Assembly (NCBI GenBank): GCA_951406725.2
Contig: OX597825.1
Span: 86,490,001 to 86,554,000, forward strand
Length of the DNA stretch: 64,000 bases
Origin: Octopus vulgaris
Lineage: Eukaryota
Direction of reading: 5' to 3'
Part shown: positions 36,510-48,225 of the stretch, in pieces
Layout: each line of letters starts with the position of its first letter
Numbering within the stretch: the first letter of the stretch is position 1
Position numbers and translations under genes: made by a program
Notes under the pieces: generated by a model
Databases searched by the model: none
What the model saw: the letters and a program-made list of their open reading frames with translations, nothing else
Told to the model about the DNA's origin: nothing

Positions 36510-37320
36510 ATTTAACCCGTGCTAATGAGCGAAAGCAGATGTGTAAAAAAAGACAAGCCTAAACGTGTGTGTATGTGAGTGAGTGAGTTTGGAATCTCCA
36601 TTTTCCGTGACTGTGGTTTGTTTATAAAGGACCATTGAACATGAATAGATACCCTCATCGGGTTCTGCTTTTATTATTTTTCTTTTAAACATTGAAGTGT
36701 GAAGGAGAGTTGAATAGAGGTTGGGTGGCTAAGATGGCTGGTTTTCACTCATCCAGCTAGACACATCTACTTGATACAGAGGTGAGAAAATGAATGGTGA
36801 TGCTGATGATTAACGAGAGAAATTAATTTTGGAAGAAAGTTGACTCAATTTGTAAAAATTTTTCAGTTTTGAAAGATGTTTTGGAAGCAAATGTCTGGTA
36901 TTACAAAAAATTAGATCAGTTGAAATATAAGTCAATTACAGAGTTTTTTTGAGTTTTTTACCGTTGCAAGAAGAATTTCCTCACTTTTCAACTGAGTCTT
37001 TCTTCAATGATGGAAAAGGAACTAGGACATAAAACTCTGTCTGCCTGTCTCTGCCTGCTTGCCTGCCTGTCTGTCTGTCTGTCTGTCTCAAATTCCTGTG
37101 AAAACTTCAAGAAATTTGTGTACCAAAGACCAATGAACTTAAAAAAAACTATTTTACCAATAAAAATAACTTTTGTAGACACAGACCACCATTAGTTTCT
37201 TTGGATTCAGTTTTGTTTTTGTTTTTAGCTGAAATAGGAGTCACTGAAAGATTGTTGTTTAACCCCGAGTCTACAGTAACCTTATGATCAAAGATGTTCT
37301 GTCATAACCATCCCACCTTT

Positions 37321-37358
<38 letters not shown>

Positions 37359-37720
37359 CTACATTATCCAATGTGATATTCCTTCATAAAAATGGTAGGA
37401 ATAGCTTTGTAGACTTTAGAATTTACACACTTTTATTGCAGTAACTGCTTTTGATGTACCTGTCAGAAAAGAGGGTCTAGTCTCCTTTCATGTTGGAATG
37501 ATTCATATCAGACCAGTAAATATAAACTTGGTAGAAAATAATGGAGAAAGAAATTGCTTCATTAATTTAGTAAATCTTGGCTGATTTTTCTCTAATTTAT
37601 TGTTTCTTTATTTTGCATATATTTTAAGAGAAGTTTGAAATGTAAGATTAAATCTTAACATTTTATTTAAAGTGAAATGTTTTCCATTAATGAAGGCCAT
37701 TTTCCCGTTTCTACTTGCAG

Positions 37721-37803
37721 ACTACCAATGAGTTTGTAAACCAAACTTTAATAAATCAAGTGTGAGAGAGCAGCAGTAGTGGTGGCCACATCAACAGCTC
37801 ACC
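37721..37803 (+). other. 5' UTR part of the Ack-like start exon
   Basis: Acceptor ttttcccgtttctacttgcag ends at 37720; 83 nt precede the Kozak ATG. Confidence 0.75.
37728..37739 (+). promoter_or_regulatory. Minimal uORF (ATG AGT TTG TAA)
   Basis: ATG at 37728 in weak context (ccaATGa), stop at 37737-37739, 64 nt upstream of the main ATG. Confidence 0.55.
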
Positions 37804-38028
37804 ATGGCAGCTTTAAACAAAGAACTTTATGGTTTTCTGATTGATGCTGAACTTGAACACTATTACAGTGCTCTGAAGAATGAGCTGAAAATATCCAATC
37901 TGGCCCACTTAAAATATGTCCGAGACGAAGATCTTATCAATGTCGGCATGACAAAGCCTGAAATGCGTAGATTTAAGAAATATTACAAGAAAGAAATACC
38001 TCAAGGAACTATCGGAAAGATTAAGAAG
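37804..38028 (+). CDS. First coding exon (75 aa, SAM domain) of an Ack-like/PR2-type activated Cdc42 kinase family tyrosine kinase; remaining exons not identified in the window
   Basis: Kozak accATGG; MAALNKELYGFLIDAELEHYYSALKNELKISNLAHLKYVRDEDLINVGMTKPEMRRFKKYYKK matches the recalled N-terminal SAM of Ack-like/PR2 kinases; perfect phase-0 donor AAG|GTGAGT after 38028. Confidence 0.88.
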
Positions 38029-39270
38029 GTGAGTTACTGAATTATAAATCAACTTGTCACGTTTTTGACATTTCCTTTTCTTTAGCAGCAGATAATGAGT
38101 GCTGTGTAGATTATTTCTCACATCACATCCTGCTTTCAAGAAATTAACCTTCATTTTGTTAAACTTCCTCTCCATTGGCTGAGATATAAACAAATAAATA
38201 AGCCCCCCCCCCCATGGTGTGGTGACTGTTGCTGCAGTTGATATTTCTTAGTTTTAATGACCATTCTGACACTCACAGACCTCATTGGCTTCTCTATCTT
38301 CTTAAAGTTCTTGAATGAAAAATTAACTTGGATGGGATTCAGATGAAAGTCTTTGGTTGAATTTAATTTTCTTGCTTATCCTAACTTCTCATGATGGAAA
38401 CTCTTAGGCGATATTATTCCCTAAGTAGAGAATACCCACCCAGTGCCTTCAGCAAATTTAAAAAGGTTAGTTTTGGTGTTCTTCATTTTTTTTTTTTTAA
38501 TATCTTACTAATTTAACTTTGATTAATGAATTTGCAAATTTATTCAAAGTTGGCTTTTTTGATGAAGGTATATGTAATATAAGACCATTGAAGTTATCTC
38601 TTTCTTTTGCGTTGTCCTGACACAGATAAATATATGGAAGAATAATTGTGTTTATCCATTTTAGGGTGAAAATATTACATCTCTGATTTAGAAGATTAGC
38701 ATTCTTGTAATATATTCCCCGCTCTTAGTTCTCTGACGTAGCTAAAGTTGTTTGGTGTTCTTCATTTTTTCATGTAGATCATGTCTAATTATGGTTTTTA
38801 TTTAGCCCTAGGTAAGGTCTGAGGGTACCTACTTATAGATGAAGACATTCCAGCCTCAATTCATCTTTTTTGCTCAGGCATAGTCTATCTAGGACTACAT
38901 TATTTAATATCTTTTATTTAAAACGAATGGTGCTATTTGAGGGACATCTGGTTGTTCTTTCCAGCAGATTGAATGATTGTGGAAATGTGTACTTATCATA
39001 AAGCAACAAGTGGCTATACTGTGTTGTTGTTTAGCCCTAGGTGAGTCCTAATTGAGCAGACTTATGATCAATGAAGTTCCATCCATGACAGTCACATCTT
39101 TTTGTATATTTACAACTGTACTGTCTGCTGTATTCTCATCTTTTTAAGATGGCAAGATATGATTTAAGGGAGATTCGACTGTTATTTCTAGGAGGTGGAG
39201 TGACCATATAAAGGCTCCCTCATTGTGTCAAGGCTAATCTTTATTGTTGAGAAAAGTAGCATTATTATTA

Positions 39271-39315
39271 GACACCTGATGAAGGCTGGAGGGTATATCA
39301 GCCGAATTTTGTGTT
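39271..39315 (+). ncRNA. Degenerate minimal type I hammerhead ribozyme motif in a Penelope-like fragment
   Basis: gacac-CTGATGA-a-ggctg(loop)cagcc-GAA-tttt-gtgtt: stems I and II intact, GAAAC/stem III mutated. Confidence 0.55.
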
Positions 39316-39410
39316 AACAACTAACAAGATGAGGACAAATGTCCATCAAATGTAAATAATGTAAATAATTCCTCATCTCTTAAATATAGAACTGGACTGC
39401 TTTTGTTTTG

Positions 39411-39560
39411 GATCATCATCATCATCGTCGTTTAACGTCCGTTCTCCATGCTAGCATGGGTTGGACGGTTCGACCGGGGTTCTGGGAAGCCAGAAGGCTG
39501 CACCAGGCTCCAGTCTAATCTGGCAATGTTTCTACAGCTGGATGCTCTTCCTAACGCCAG
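39411..39560 (-). mobile_element. RTE-type 3' tail, young copy
   Basis: 'atcatcatcatcatcgtcgtttaacgtccgttctccatgctagcatgggttggacgg...tttctacagctggatgc' with CpGs retained. Confidence 0.85.
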
Positions 39561-40218
39561 TTAGGATAGTTTTGAAAATAATGAAGAATTTACTGAAATA
39601 ATTTATGTTCCAAACAGCAACATAAAAATGAACTTTTATTGGAAGTTTTAATTCGGATCTCTTTAAAGCTGAAAGTTTAGTCCATAGAACCTGTGGGTAG
39701 TCTTGGACAGGTTGATATCAAAAGAGTTCTTACCCAAAATTATGTTGAAATTTTTGCCTGTTGACATCGGGTTAATTTGGGTAGATTTGGGGTAATTTTG
39801 AAACTTAGAATCAGGGCTGGAGTGAAAGAATAAAAAGTTATTCTCATAAAAACCAAAATTTATAAAAATGGAATTGTTTCATTCTCATATTTTTTTAAAT
39901 CCTAAACAGTATGTTCTTCACTTTTGGTGTTGACACTGGCATAATTGTAATAAGTCCTTAGTTAATTAAAATCTTTACTCTTAGGAATAAGAAAGTCATT
40001 ATCTAAATTACTAAATGTGGCAGGGGACTCAGCCTTGGAGGTTAATTAATTAATTAAATACGGAAAACAATCCTGTACTTTACACTATATTTCAATCAGT
40101 CCACTCTTTGTCCATTTGATGGTTTATTTCTGCACATGCATGCATGCGCGTCTTCTCTCCCCCCACCACACTCATGCATATACAGCCCCACAAATGTACA
40201 TGCACATTTCCTTCTTAA

Positions 40219-40438
40219 CCTTTTTGATACCAACCTGTCTGAGACTGTCCCTGGTTCTATGACATACAGTCCATGTTTCAAGTGATCTAAATGAAAACAT
40301 TTCATAAAAATTTCACGTTAATTTATGCTCCAGACATCAGCTTAATAAGGATAAATCTATTTTATTAAATTCTTCTTCATTTTCAAAATTTAGTGAAACA
40401 AAAGCAATGTATTCCAACAAAAATATGGTAACAAAGGA
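40219..40438. mobile_element. TTAA-flanked MITE (piggyBac-like target site)
   Basis: TTAA at 40215-40218 and 40439-40442; imperfect TIRs cctttttgatacca / tggtaacaaagga; inverted relatives at ~39395-39730 and ~58180-58380. Confidence 0.75.
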
Positions 40439-40814
40439 TTAAAATTTGTTTCTTGAATATGATTAGAAAACTTTCCAATAGACACAAAAAGATGTTTCTA
40501 ATGGTTTTGGAGTTAGGTCAGTTTTAGTTTTTTAAAAATAAATACCATTGATATTGAAACGTGAAGGAAATTCTTTGTCTGGGTAATGAAAAGAATAAAA
40601 AAAGCATTTGTTTTTATTGAATTTTGTTTGAGGTATAATGAAGGGAAAGTATAAGTTTAATGATGTGACTGGTTTATTGTAAATGTGGACTGACTGGTTG
40701 AGAAACGCTACCCTGGGAACACATGCAAATTTATAGACCTGTTCAACTAGTGTTATTTAGGCACATGCACAAACAACACTCTTCTCTCAAGTTGTGTGTG
40801 TGTCTAAAAAGAAA

Positions 40815-41470
40815 GGAATGGAACAGGTGAAAAACTTTCATTATCTTAGGTGACTTTCATTATCTTAAGTTTAAGTAATAGAGATGTTGTATTACTGAAA
40901 TATGAAAGATCTTGCTCTCACAATACAGAAACATTTTTCATGGCACTAGCAGACAAAATGGAAGAGGCATTGCCCCAGATAATAGCAAGGGAAGTGTGCT
41001 GGAGTAGCCACTCTGACTTGTGAGGCTCACACTTGCAGACAGCAATTTCTGCTCCTGCTAGTGGTGAACAGGGAAATGGTCCAAGGACCAAGAATGCTGG
41101 AGGTCACAACAGGTGACATCCCAGATGAAGGCCCTACAGCCATGGAATGGTATAAATACTTGAAGCTTACTAACTTCCGACACTTGGATCCCTGGATCAT
41201 GCTTACCTATTACTATATATATTCCATGAAGAACCAAGTTTGATAGTTTCCTTAAATCTATAAATCTGCATGCTGTTGAACCAATTAGATTTAAAGCTGA
41301 GTCTATTTTATAGTGGTAAATCTATTTTAGCATGAAGTTGAAGGGGAGACAGTAATGTGCCATGGTCTGCTGTCATGTCTTTGAAGAATCACAAAGATAA
41401 TGATGGAACATTTACAATGGTTTGGTCAAGAGGAAGGAACTATGACTACTGAAGGGAATTTTAGAAGAGC
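40815..41470 (+). mobile_element. Highly decayed non-LTR RT fragment
   Basis: EQVKNFHYLG at ~40820 and HLQWFG at ~41410 resemble RTE/CR1 RT C-terminal motifs. Confidence 0.4.
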
Positions 41471-44374
41471 GTTGGGCCCGAGAAGGAAGGATTGGTTAGC
41501 TAAATCTCTCTCTCAACCTCTGCCATCTTAGAAAGAAAGGAAAGAGATTGGAAATAATGTTGTCCTTTGTGTGTTTGTGAGAAGAGAAGGCAGCAATGCC
41601 TTGTCTATTTAGTCTGGGCTGATGTGGAACTACACGGCATCATCATCATCATCATGATGTAGGGATTATTCAAGAGAGATACATACTGAGTATGAAGAGT
41701 ATTTGTGTTTAATACTACATTCTAAGAAAATTGCTGGTAAAATAAATGACAGAACTATAAACTTCTCATGGTAGATCATTACAGTTCTGTGCAGTGAGCC
41801 ATTCATACTTAGTGTGTTTCCCAGAGACTGGGCACAGCATGAATTGAAGGGGAAAATAAATTATCAAAGTATATTGACACTAGCTGGGAATCATTATCTG
41901 CTTATAACACCCACCATATTTGTCGAGTTTCAGATTAGTAGCTATCATATTTCAGGAACATGGCAAGGTTTGTGAAGTAACTCTGTCTGCAGTATTTCAA
42001 TGCCAATGCCAATCTGAAATCCCTCTCAGAGCCAACCATTTTAGGAGGTTACTGCCTGAAATTGTCAAGTCACTGCAAAGTTTACTTTATGCCCTTCCTG
42101 TTTTAATATCCTGCATAAGCAGAACTGGTTTACAGTTTTGAAATTAAAATTGTGTGGTAGATTCTGGCATCCTAGCAAGCTTAGGAAAACCGCCCCAACA
42201 CCACAACACCATACATTCAATAACATTATTTACTGAAGCATTTAAATAGCTTTTTTTTACAAATTTAAAAAAAAATCTAGTTTTTCATTCAAGAATGAAA
42301 TTGTTAATCTGAGAGATTCTCAGGTTGGATAACAAATCCTTTTTTAAATCTTTTTACCTTCATTTATTAATTTGTTTAGTAGAGTTGTAATTAATTGTTT
42401 TTACAGCAAAAACATATTTGGTTGATATGCTCCCTACTTTTCCTTGTATATCAGTTCATTTCTAGTTTTATGCTGTTACAAATGGATCAATGGTTATCTT
42501 CTGCCTTCTTATTTCTCACTCCATTATTAATCTATTTAATATTTTTCTTTGTTCTCTTGTTCTGTATTATTTAATACTTTTCTCACTCTATTTCTGCATT
42601 TCCAATAATTTCCTAATCTGAATCCCAGCTTTCACAAGTCAGCTGTTGTATTTTGTGAACAATTTCTCCAACAAGTGAATCCTTTATACTTTGCCATATC
42701 ACAACATGGCCCTTGTACACCCAGAGCAGTCTTTGTTGACAGCAGAATCTGTTTTGGTTTTGATTTAATGGTAGAGACTGTTTAATTCTTTTTATTGTCT
42801 TTTCCTTTATCTTATAAATGTGAATTGTTACCACAGTTGGTGTGAGTCACAAGTTCACAACCTGGCTGCTGCTGCTTATTATTATTTACCTGTGGACTTA
42901 ACAGGTTTACATGTGTGTAACTGGTCGTGTTTGCTGTTGTTGTCATCTCCTCATTACACTCTCCTCTCTCTCTCTCTCTCCCTCCCTCCTCCTCCTCTTA
43001 CTCTCCCCAACCCCCCAATACTGCTTAAGTGTTTAAACTACATTCAAGCCTCTCTCTCTCTTTTTCTTTTATGACCAAAGCACTTTAAAAGGTTCACTTG
43101 GTTCACCTTTCTCTTATTTGTTTCTACCTTCACTTGGCAGACCTTTCTCCGCACTCTGCTTTGTTGCCAGTTTATTTTCATAAATAGATGTTGGTAGTAT
43201 TGATGTGATGATCAAACCACGTCCTTCACTCTGCAGCCATCCAGCTGGCTTGCATGGGTAATCTGCGTCTAATAATAATTAGTATTTTTCTCTCTTTTAC
43301 TTACCAAGCTTTTTGACCTCCCTGGCAAACCTTTTGTCTCTTTCTCGTTGTCTTTTCTTTTTTGTCTTTCCCATTTAGTAATCTTATTTTCAATCCGACA
43401 AAGGCAGCCTGCTCAACAGCCAGGCTCTATTAATAACCGATCCTAATTTAAATACATCCAACCAGTCTCAATACAAACGTCTATTACTCTAGTTCAACCT
43501 CCCTATCACATGTATAACTCGTCAACTCCTATATTTATTTACTATTATGTAAAAATTAATATTCTCTCTCTCTCCTCTTTGCTGAAGGAAGTAGCCAGCT
43601 GAAATATTTGGTTAATTAGCTATCTGCAGGCTAAGCAATCACTCTTACAACACTTTCATCATCCATGCCCATGTTGTCCCTTCTCTGTACTAGCTGTCCT
43701 CCTCACTTCATCGACATCACTCTACTTAATTATATTTTATTTACTGCAGGCCTCTAATTATTTTGCCATGTCTTATAATATATTTTTCTTCTAGCCTCTA
43801 CAGGTATCAATTAGTGCCCTCACCCCACTGTCTTTAATTTAATATTGTGCACTGTTTTTATTATACTTGGTTTAGGACATGCAATAAGCTCGGTCACTCC
43901 TAAAACTACACAGGCCTCAGTTGATTTCAGGCGATAACTAGTTTTCAATTACTTACTATTAATAACTGTTTTTTTTATTTAGTTTCTCTGTCTGTCAAGA
44001 TAGATAAATAGTTATATACACAAATACTGGTATATCAAATATCATACAACATAAATTCTTGATTTATTGAAATTCTTTTTGCCTCAGAGGATGTGTCTTA
44101 ATTAGCAGATAGCAATTAAGACCAGTTCCACTTGAGAAAGGAAGGCAATCTCAAGAATCAAGAATTCTCTCACATTGACATTCTGTTAAGGAAGAGGACA
44201 GTTTATTGACTGGAGATTAGGGGACATTCTGGGACAGGTGTTTCTGGCTCAGTAGCTTTTGGCAGCAGAGCAATCATTCCATTTTATCACCTGTAGCCAA
44301 AGGACTTAGTTTTACAAATGAAAAACAAACAAATCACACATTTATGGCTCTAAATAATTAGCATTATACATTTA

Positions 44375-44530
44375 GGTACGGGCATGGGTGTGTGGTTAGG
44401 AAGCTTGTTTCTCAATCACGTGGTTATGGGTTCAGTCCCATTGTGTGGCATCTTCAGCAAGTGTCTTTTGCTATAGCCATGGGCTGACCAAAGCCTTGTG
44501 ATTGAATTTGGTTGGCAGAAGTTCCTGACT
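44375..44530 (+). mobile_element. SINE head B
   Basis: 'gggcatgggtgtgtggttaggaagcttg...gggttcagtcccattgtgtggcatc...gaccaaagccttgtg'. Confidence 0.8.
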
Positions 44531-44640
44531 TGTGTATATATGTGTGTGAAAGTGCTTGTGCTTCTTATAACAGTATATATATATATATATATATACACAC
44601 ACATACATACACTTTATTGAAAAGCAGCAGAAATATCACA

Positions 44641-44686
44641 AAAACTGTTACTCAGAGTTTCATGTTCCTGTTCATTGGACAGTTTT
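44641..44686 (-). ncRNA. Minimal hammerhead-like motif, left arm
   Basis: Minus strand aaaactgt-ccaatga-acaggaacat-gaaa-ctctgag-ta-acagtttt. Confidence 0.55.
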
Positions 44687-44728
44687 GTTTGAATGAAACA
44701 GAAATGGTCATTTCTGTTCCATTCTATC

Positions 44729-44775
44729 AAAACTGTCCGATGAATGGGAATGTGAAACCTCTGAGTAACAGTTTT
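44729..44775 (+). ncRNA. Minimal hammerhead-like motif, right arm
   Basis: aaaactgt-ccgatga-atgggaatgt-gaaa-cctctgag-ta-acagtttt. Confidence 0.6.
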
Positions 44776-44925
44776 GTGATGTTTCTGCTGCTTTTCAATA
44801 AAGTATATTACTCTACCTCCAGTATTTGAGTATTTTTTTTGCCACCTTGTTTCACATTTATATGCTTACTCTGATATATATATATGCATATATACATACG
44901 TATATGTACATACTTAAATCTATAC

Positions 44926-44956
<31 letters not shown>

Positions 44957-45349
44957 GTAGTTGGTTTGTAAATGATTGTGATTGATATGATGTAAACAAA
45001 GGCCTAAGAGTTTATGCTCAAAGTATCAAAGACTCTTCCATTTTTGCTGAGCATCAAACTAATACACCTTGTTTGCCTCACCTGTGTCTGTCTTTTGTAT
45101 TTTTTGTACAATTCGGAACCATAAATATATATATGTGTGTGTGTGTGTGTGTAATACAAAATTAAACCTTCAAAATAAGGGGCTAGAATTAAAAAAAGCC
45201 CAGATAATTAGGATGAGATAATAGTGTATATTTATTGTTCCTCGCGTCATATATCAGTACATACATGGTGAACCTCAGCGTGGCCAACCTGCTCTTAGCC
45301 CTTATCACCTGTATGTCAATTTCATACTTTCGCTCCACTCCCGCACCTG

Positions 45350-46900
45350 AAAATGGTTTCTGAGGCTCAAGGCCTGTAATTTTGAAGGAAGGAAGGTTAG
45401 CCAATACCATTAACCCCAGAGTGATGAAAAGAAAAGATGACATTGGTGAAATTTGAACTCAGAACAGAAAGAGCCGGAACCAATATGCAAAACAGTTTTC
45501 CTGACATTTTATGTTTCTCTCAGCTCTGTACAGCAAAGAAGTTCTCTTTGTTGTCATTTGTGTCTGTTTTGACATTTGTACCAAAATGTAGGTTAAACAT
45601 GTAAATAGTTACCAGATCCCTTTTTTCCCTTTTGGTGGCACTTGGGGGGTGTTTCTAACATTGCATCAGTATTTAAGACTACATTATATTTATTATTATA
45701 TTCATAAAGGTGGTGTAAAGTGGTGAGCTGGCAGAAACATTAGCATGGAGGACAAAATGTTTAGTGGTATTCCATCAGTCTTTACATTCTGGGTTCAAAT
45801 TTTGTCAAGGTCGACTTTACCTTTCATTCTTTCAGGGTCAATAAATTAAGTTGTGCACTGGGGTTGATGTAATCGATCCTTGTCCAAAATTTCTGGCCTT
45901 GTACCAAAATTTGAAACCATTATTCAAGTGCTAAGGTGGTAGAATCATGTTAGAACCTAATAAGCTGGGAAAAATACTGCTATGTATTTCCTCTGAGTTC
46001 AAATTTTACCAAGGTTGGCTTTACCTTTCATCCTTTCATGGTCAGTATAATAAGTACCGGTCAAACACTGGAGTTGATGTAACCAACTTGCCCCTCTCCT
46101 CAAAATTGCTGGCCTTGTAACAAAATTTGAAGCAATTGCTATTATTAAATCCGTTTCCATGCGAGTCTTTTGTTTTCTTCAGCAGAGATAAAACAAGGTG
46201 GAGTTGTGTTGGCTTCAAATTGCAGTTCAGTCCACAATCCATTCATAGATTTTGGCACACTGTATCATAGAATGATGTTTGTCAGTGCTAAAAATAAGAT
46301 TCAATTTACTTATTTTTGTATTGCTGGTTTTGAAATTTTATGACCTTCCATTTGATACTGGCATTGGTCAGAGACTTTTATAAAATTAGACATTTATGGG
46401 GTATTTCTTTTAAACCCCGGAACTGGTGCTAAAGTGGTCTTGAGTATCACACTATTAGTTTTATAGAAGCAATTTCCCGTTTGCTCAGTTGACTGCATGG
46501 TTCAATAAGTGTTTGTGTGATTTTATCTCAACAATTCAACCATTCAGTCATTGTATGAAGGTTTGATGTTACTTAACCATATTTCTTTAATGATTTTGTC
46601 TTGAGGAAGAAACATCAGAACATTCACAGACTGGTGATGTTGATGTAGTGGAGGTTTAGTTTGAATGTCTCTCAGTCAACATCTGTTGGGAAAATATTGG
46701 TTTCAAATTTGACACAAGACCAGAAATTTTGGGGGTCAATGGGGAGAGAATTGATTACATTACTCCCAGTGCTCAAGTAGTACTTGTTTTATTGACCTTG
46801 AAAGGGGACAAAAGGCAAAGTCGACCTCAGAAAGTAAAGATAGATGAAATGTCACTGAGCATTTTGCCTGGCATGCTAACTATTGTGCCAGCTTGCTGCC
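45350..46900. mobile_element. Cluster of four SINE A copies (-, +, +, -)
   Basis: Copies at ~45350-45520 (-), 45715-45920 (+), 45930-46145 (+), 46695-46900 (-). Confidence 0.8.
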
Positions 46901-47559
46901 ATCTGTTGAGAAAATATTAAAAAGAAGGAGGGAGAAGAATTCATTGTAAAGGCTTTGTCCAAAATGAAATGACATTACACAAGTGGTGCAGTTTGAGTTC
47001 CTCTATGAATTGTTAGTTACTTTCCCCACTGAGTTTTAGGTGGTTAGACTATTTTCTTCATATTCTAGCTTTTAAACAAATAAACAAAAACAGTTTTTAT
47101 CTCATTTGGACTGACGACATCTAAAAGAAGTTTTGGAGAGGAATTAGAGACATTAGTGACTGGAAAATGGCAAAACTAAATCCAAAGACTTAGATTTTGC
47201 CATATCTTTTCTCTGGTACTTTTGGTAAGCTGAGGGGTTTGCACACTTCTTTTTTAGCCAGGTCCAGGTTGATCAGCAGTGGAACCAGTCTCTTGAAATT
47301 TCTTGACAGTTTTCCAGACTGTTGTTCAGTTAATTTTAAACTTTTTTGCTATAGCTGTATTACTTTCTCCTCCTTTGTGGAGGGTTATGATTGTATTTCG
47401 GTCTATAGCCATTGTCTAATTTATAAATATGAACTTATTTAGTCTGAAATAAAAAGAAGACACATTAAGCTTTTATACTGATGCATAATTATCACATTTA
47501 TTGATAGTCAGTGAAGCCTGAGACTTCAGTTGCCTAAATTTCAGGACACCATGTATATA

Positions 47560-47815
47560 TTTAAGTGTATATGAATGTACTTTTTGTCTTGACATCATGT
47601 GATGGATGTAAACAAGCATCCCCATCATACAAGCGGTGTTAATCATTTCCAATCTTCCATGTAAACATGTCTGGCTATGGAGAAATATTACCTTACTTGG
47701 AATCAGAGGAAGGTTGGCGACTGAAAGAGCATCTGGCCATTGAAAATCTGCATTGACAAATTCTGTCTGATCCATGCAAATATGGCAAAGTGAATGGGAA
47801 AACGATTATGATGTT
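47560..47815 (+). mobile_element. SINE body with RTE-type tail
   Basis: 'gtcttgacatcatgtgatgg...gttggcgactgaaagagcatctggcc...ccatgcaaatatggcaaagtg...gattatgatg'. Confidence 0.7.
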
Positions 47816-47817
47816 TT

Positions 47818-48225
47818 ATATTCTTTTATTCTTTAAGTTGATTCAGTCATTTGGCTGTGGCCATACTGGAGCACCACCTTTAGTCAAACAAATTGACCCC
47901 AGGATTTATTCTTTGTAAACCTAGTACTTATTCTATCAGTTTCTTTTGCTGAACCATATGGGAATGTAAACACACCAACATTGGTTGCCAAGCGATGGCG
48001 AAGGGTACAAACACACACATACACATACATGTGTGTGCACACACATGCACACACATACACATGCGCACACACAAACATGATGAGCATCTTTCAGTTTCTG
48101 TCTACCAAATCCACTCAAGGCTTTGGGCAGCCTGAGGTTATAGTAGAAGACACTTGCCCAAGGTGTCACACAGTGGGACTGAACCCAGAACCATGTGATT
48201 GGGAAGCAAACTTCTTACCACACAG
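47818..48225 (-). mobile_element. Full-length SINE: head B, (CA)n linker, tail C
   Basis: Tail 'cagtcatttggctgtggccatactggagcaccacc..' and head 'tctaccaaatccactcaagg...cagtgggactgaacccagaaccatgtgattgggaagc'. Confidence 0.85.

Larger units (their letters stand above)
44611..44875. mobile_element. Penelope-like terminal repeat with inverted partial copy (194-bp palindrome 44611-44804)
   Basis: Two 96-nt arms around a 2-nt loop at 44707-44708; the right arm continues to ~44875; embedded in (TA)n/(CA)n. Confidence 0.75.

Noticed and set aside
38029-38040. ORF-track C-terminus VSY* as the true protein end
   Set aside because: It reads through a perfect AAG|GTGAGT donor; the main product is spliced.
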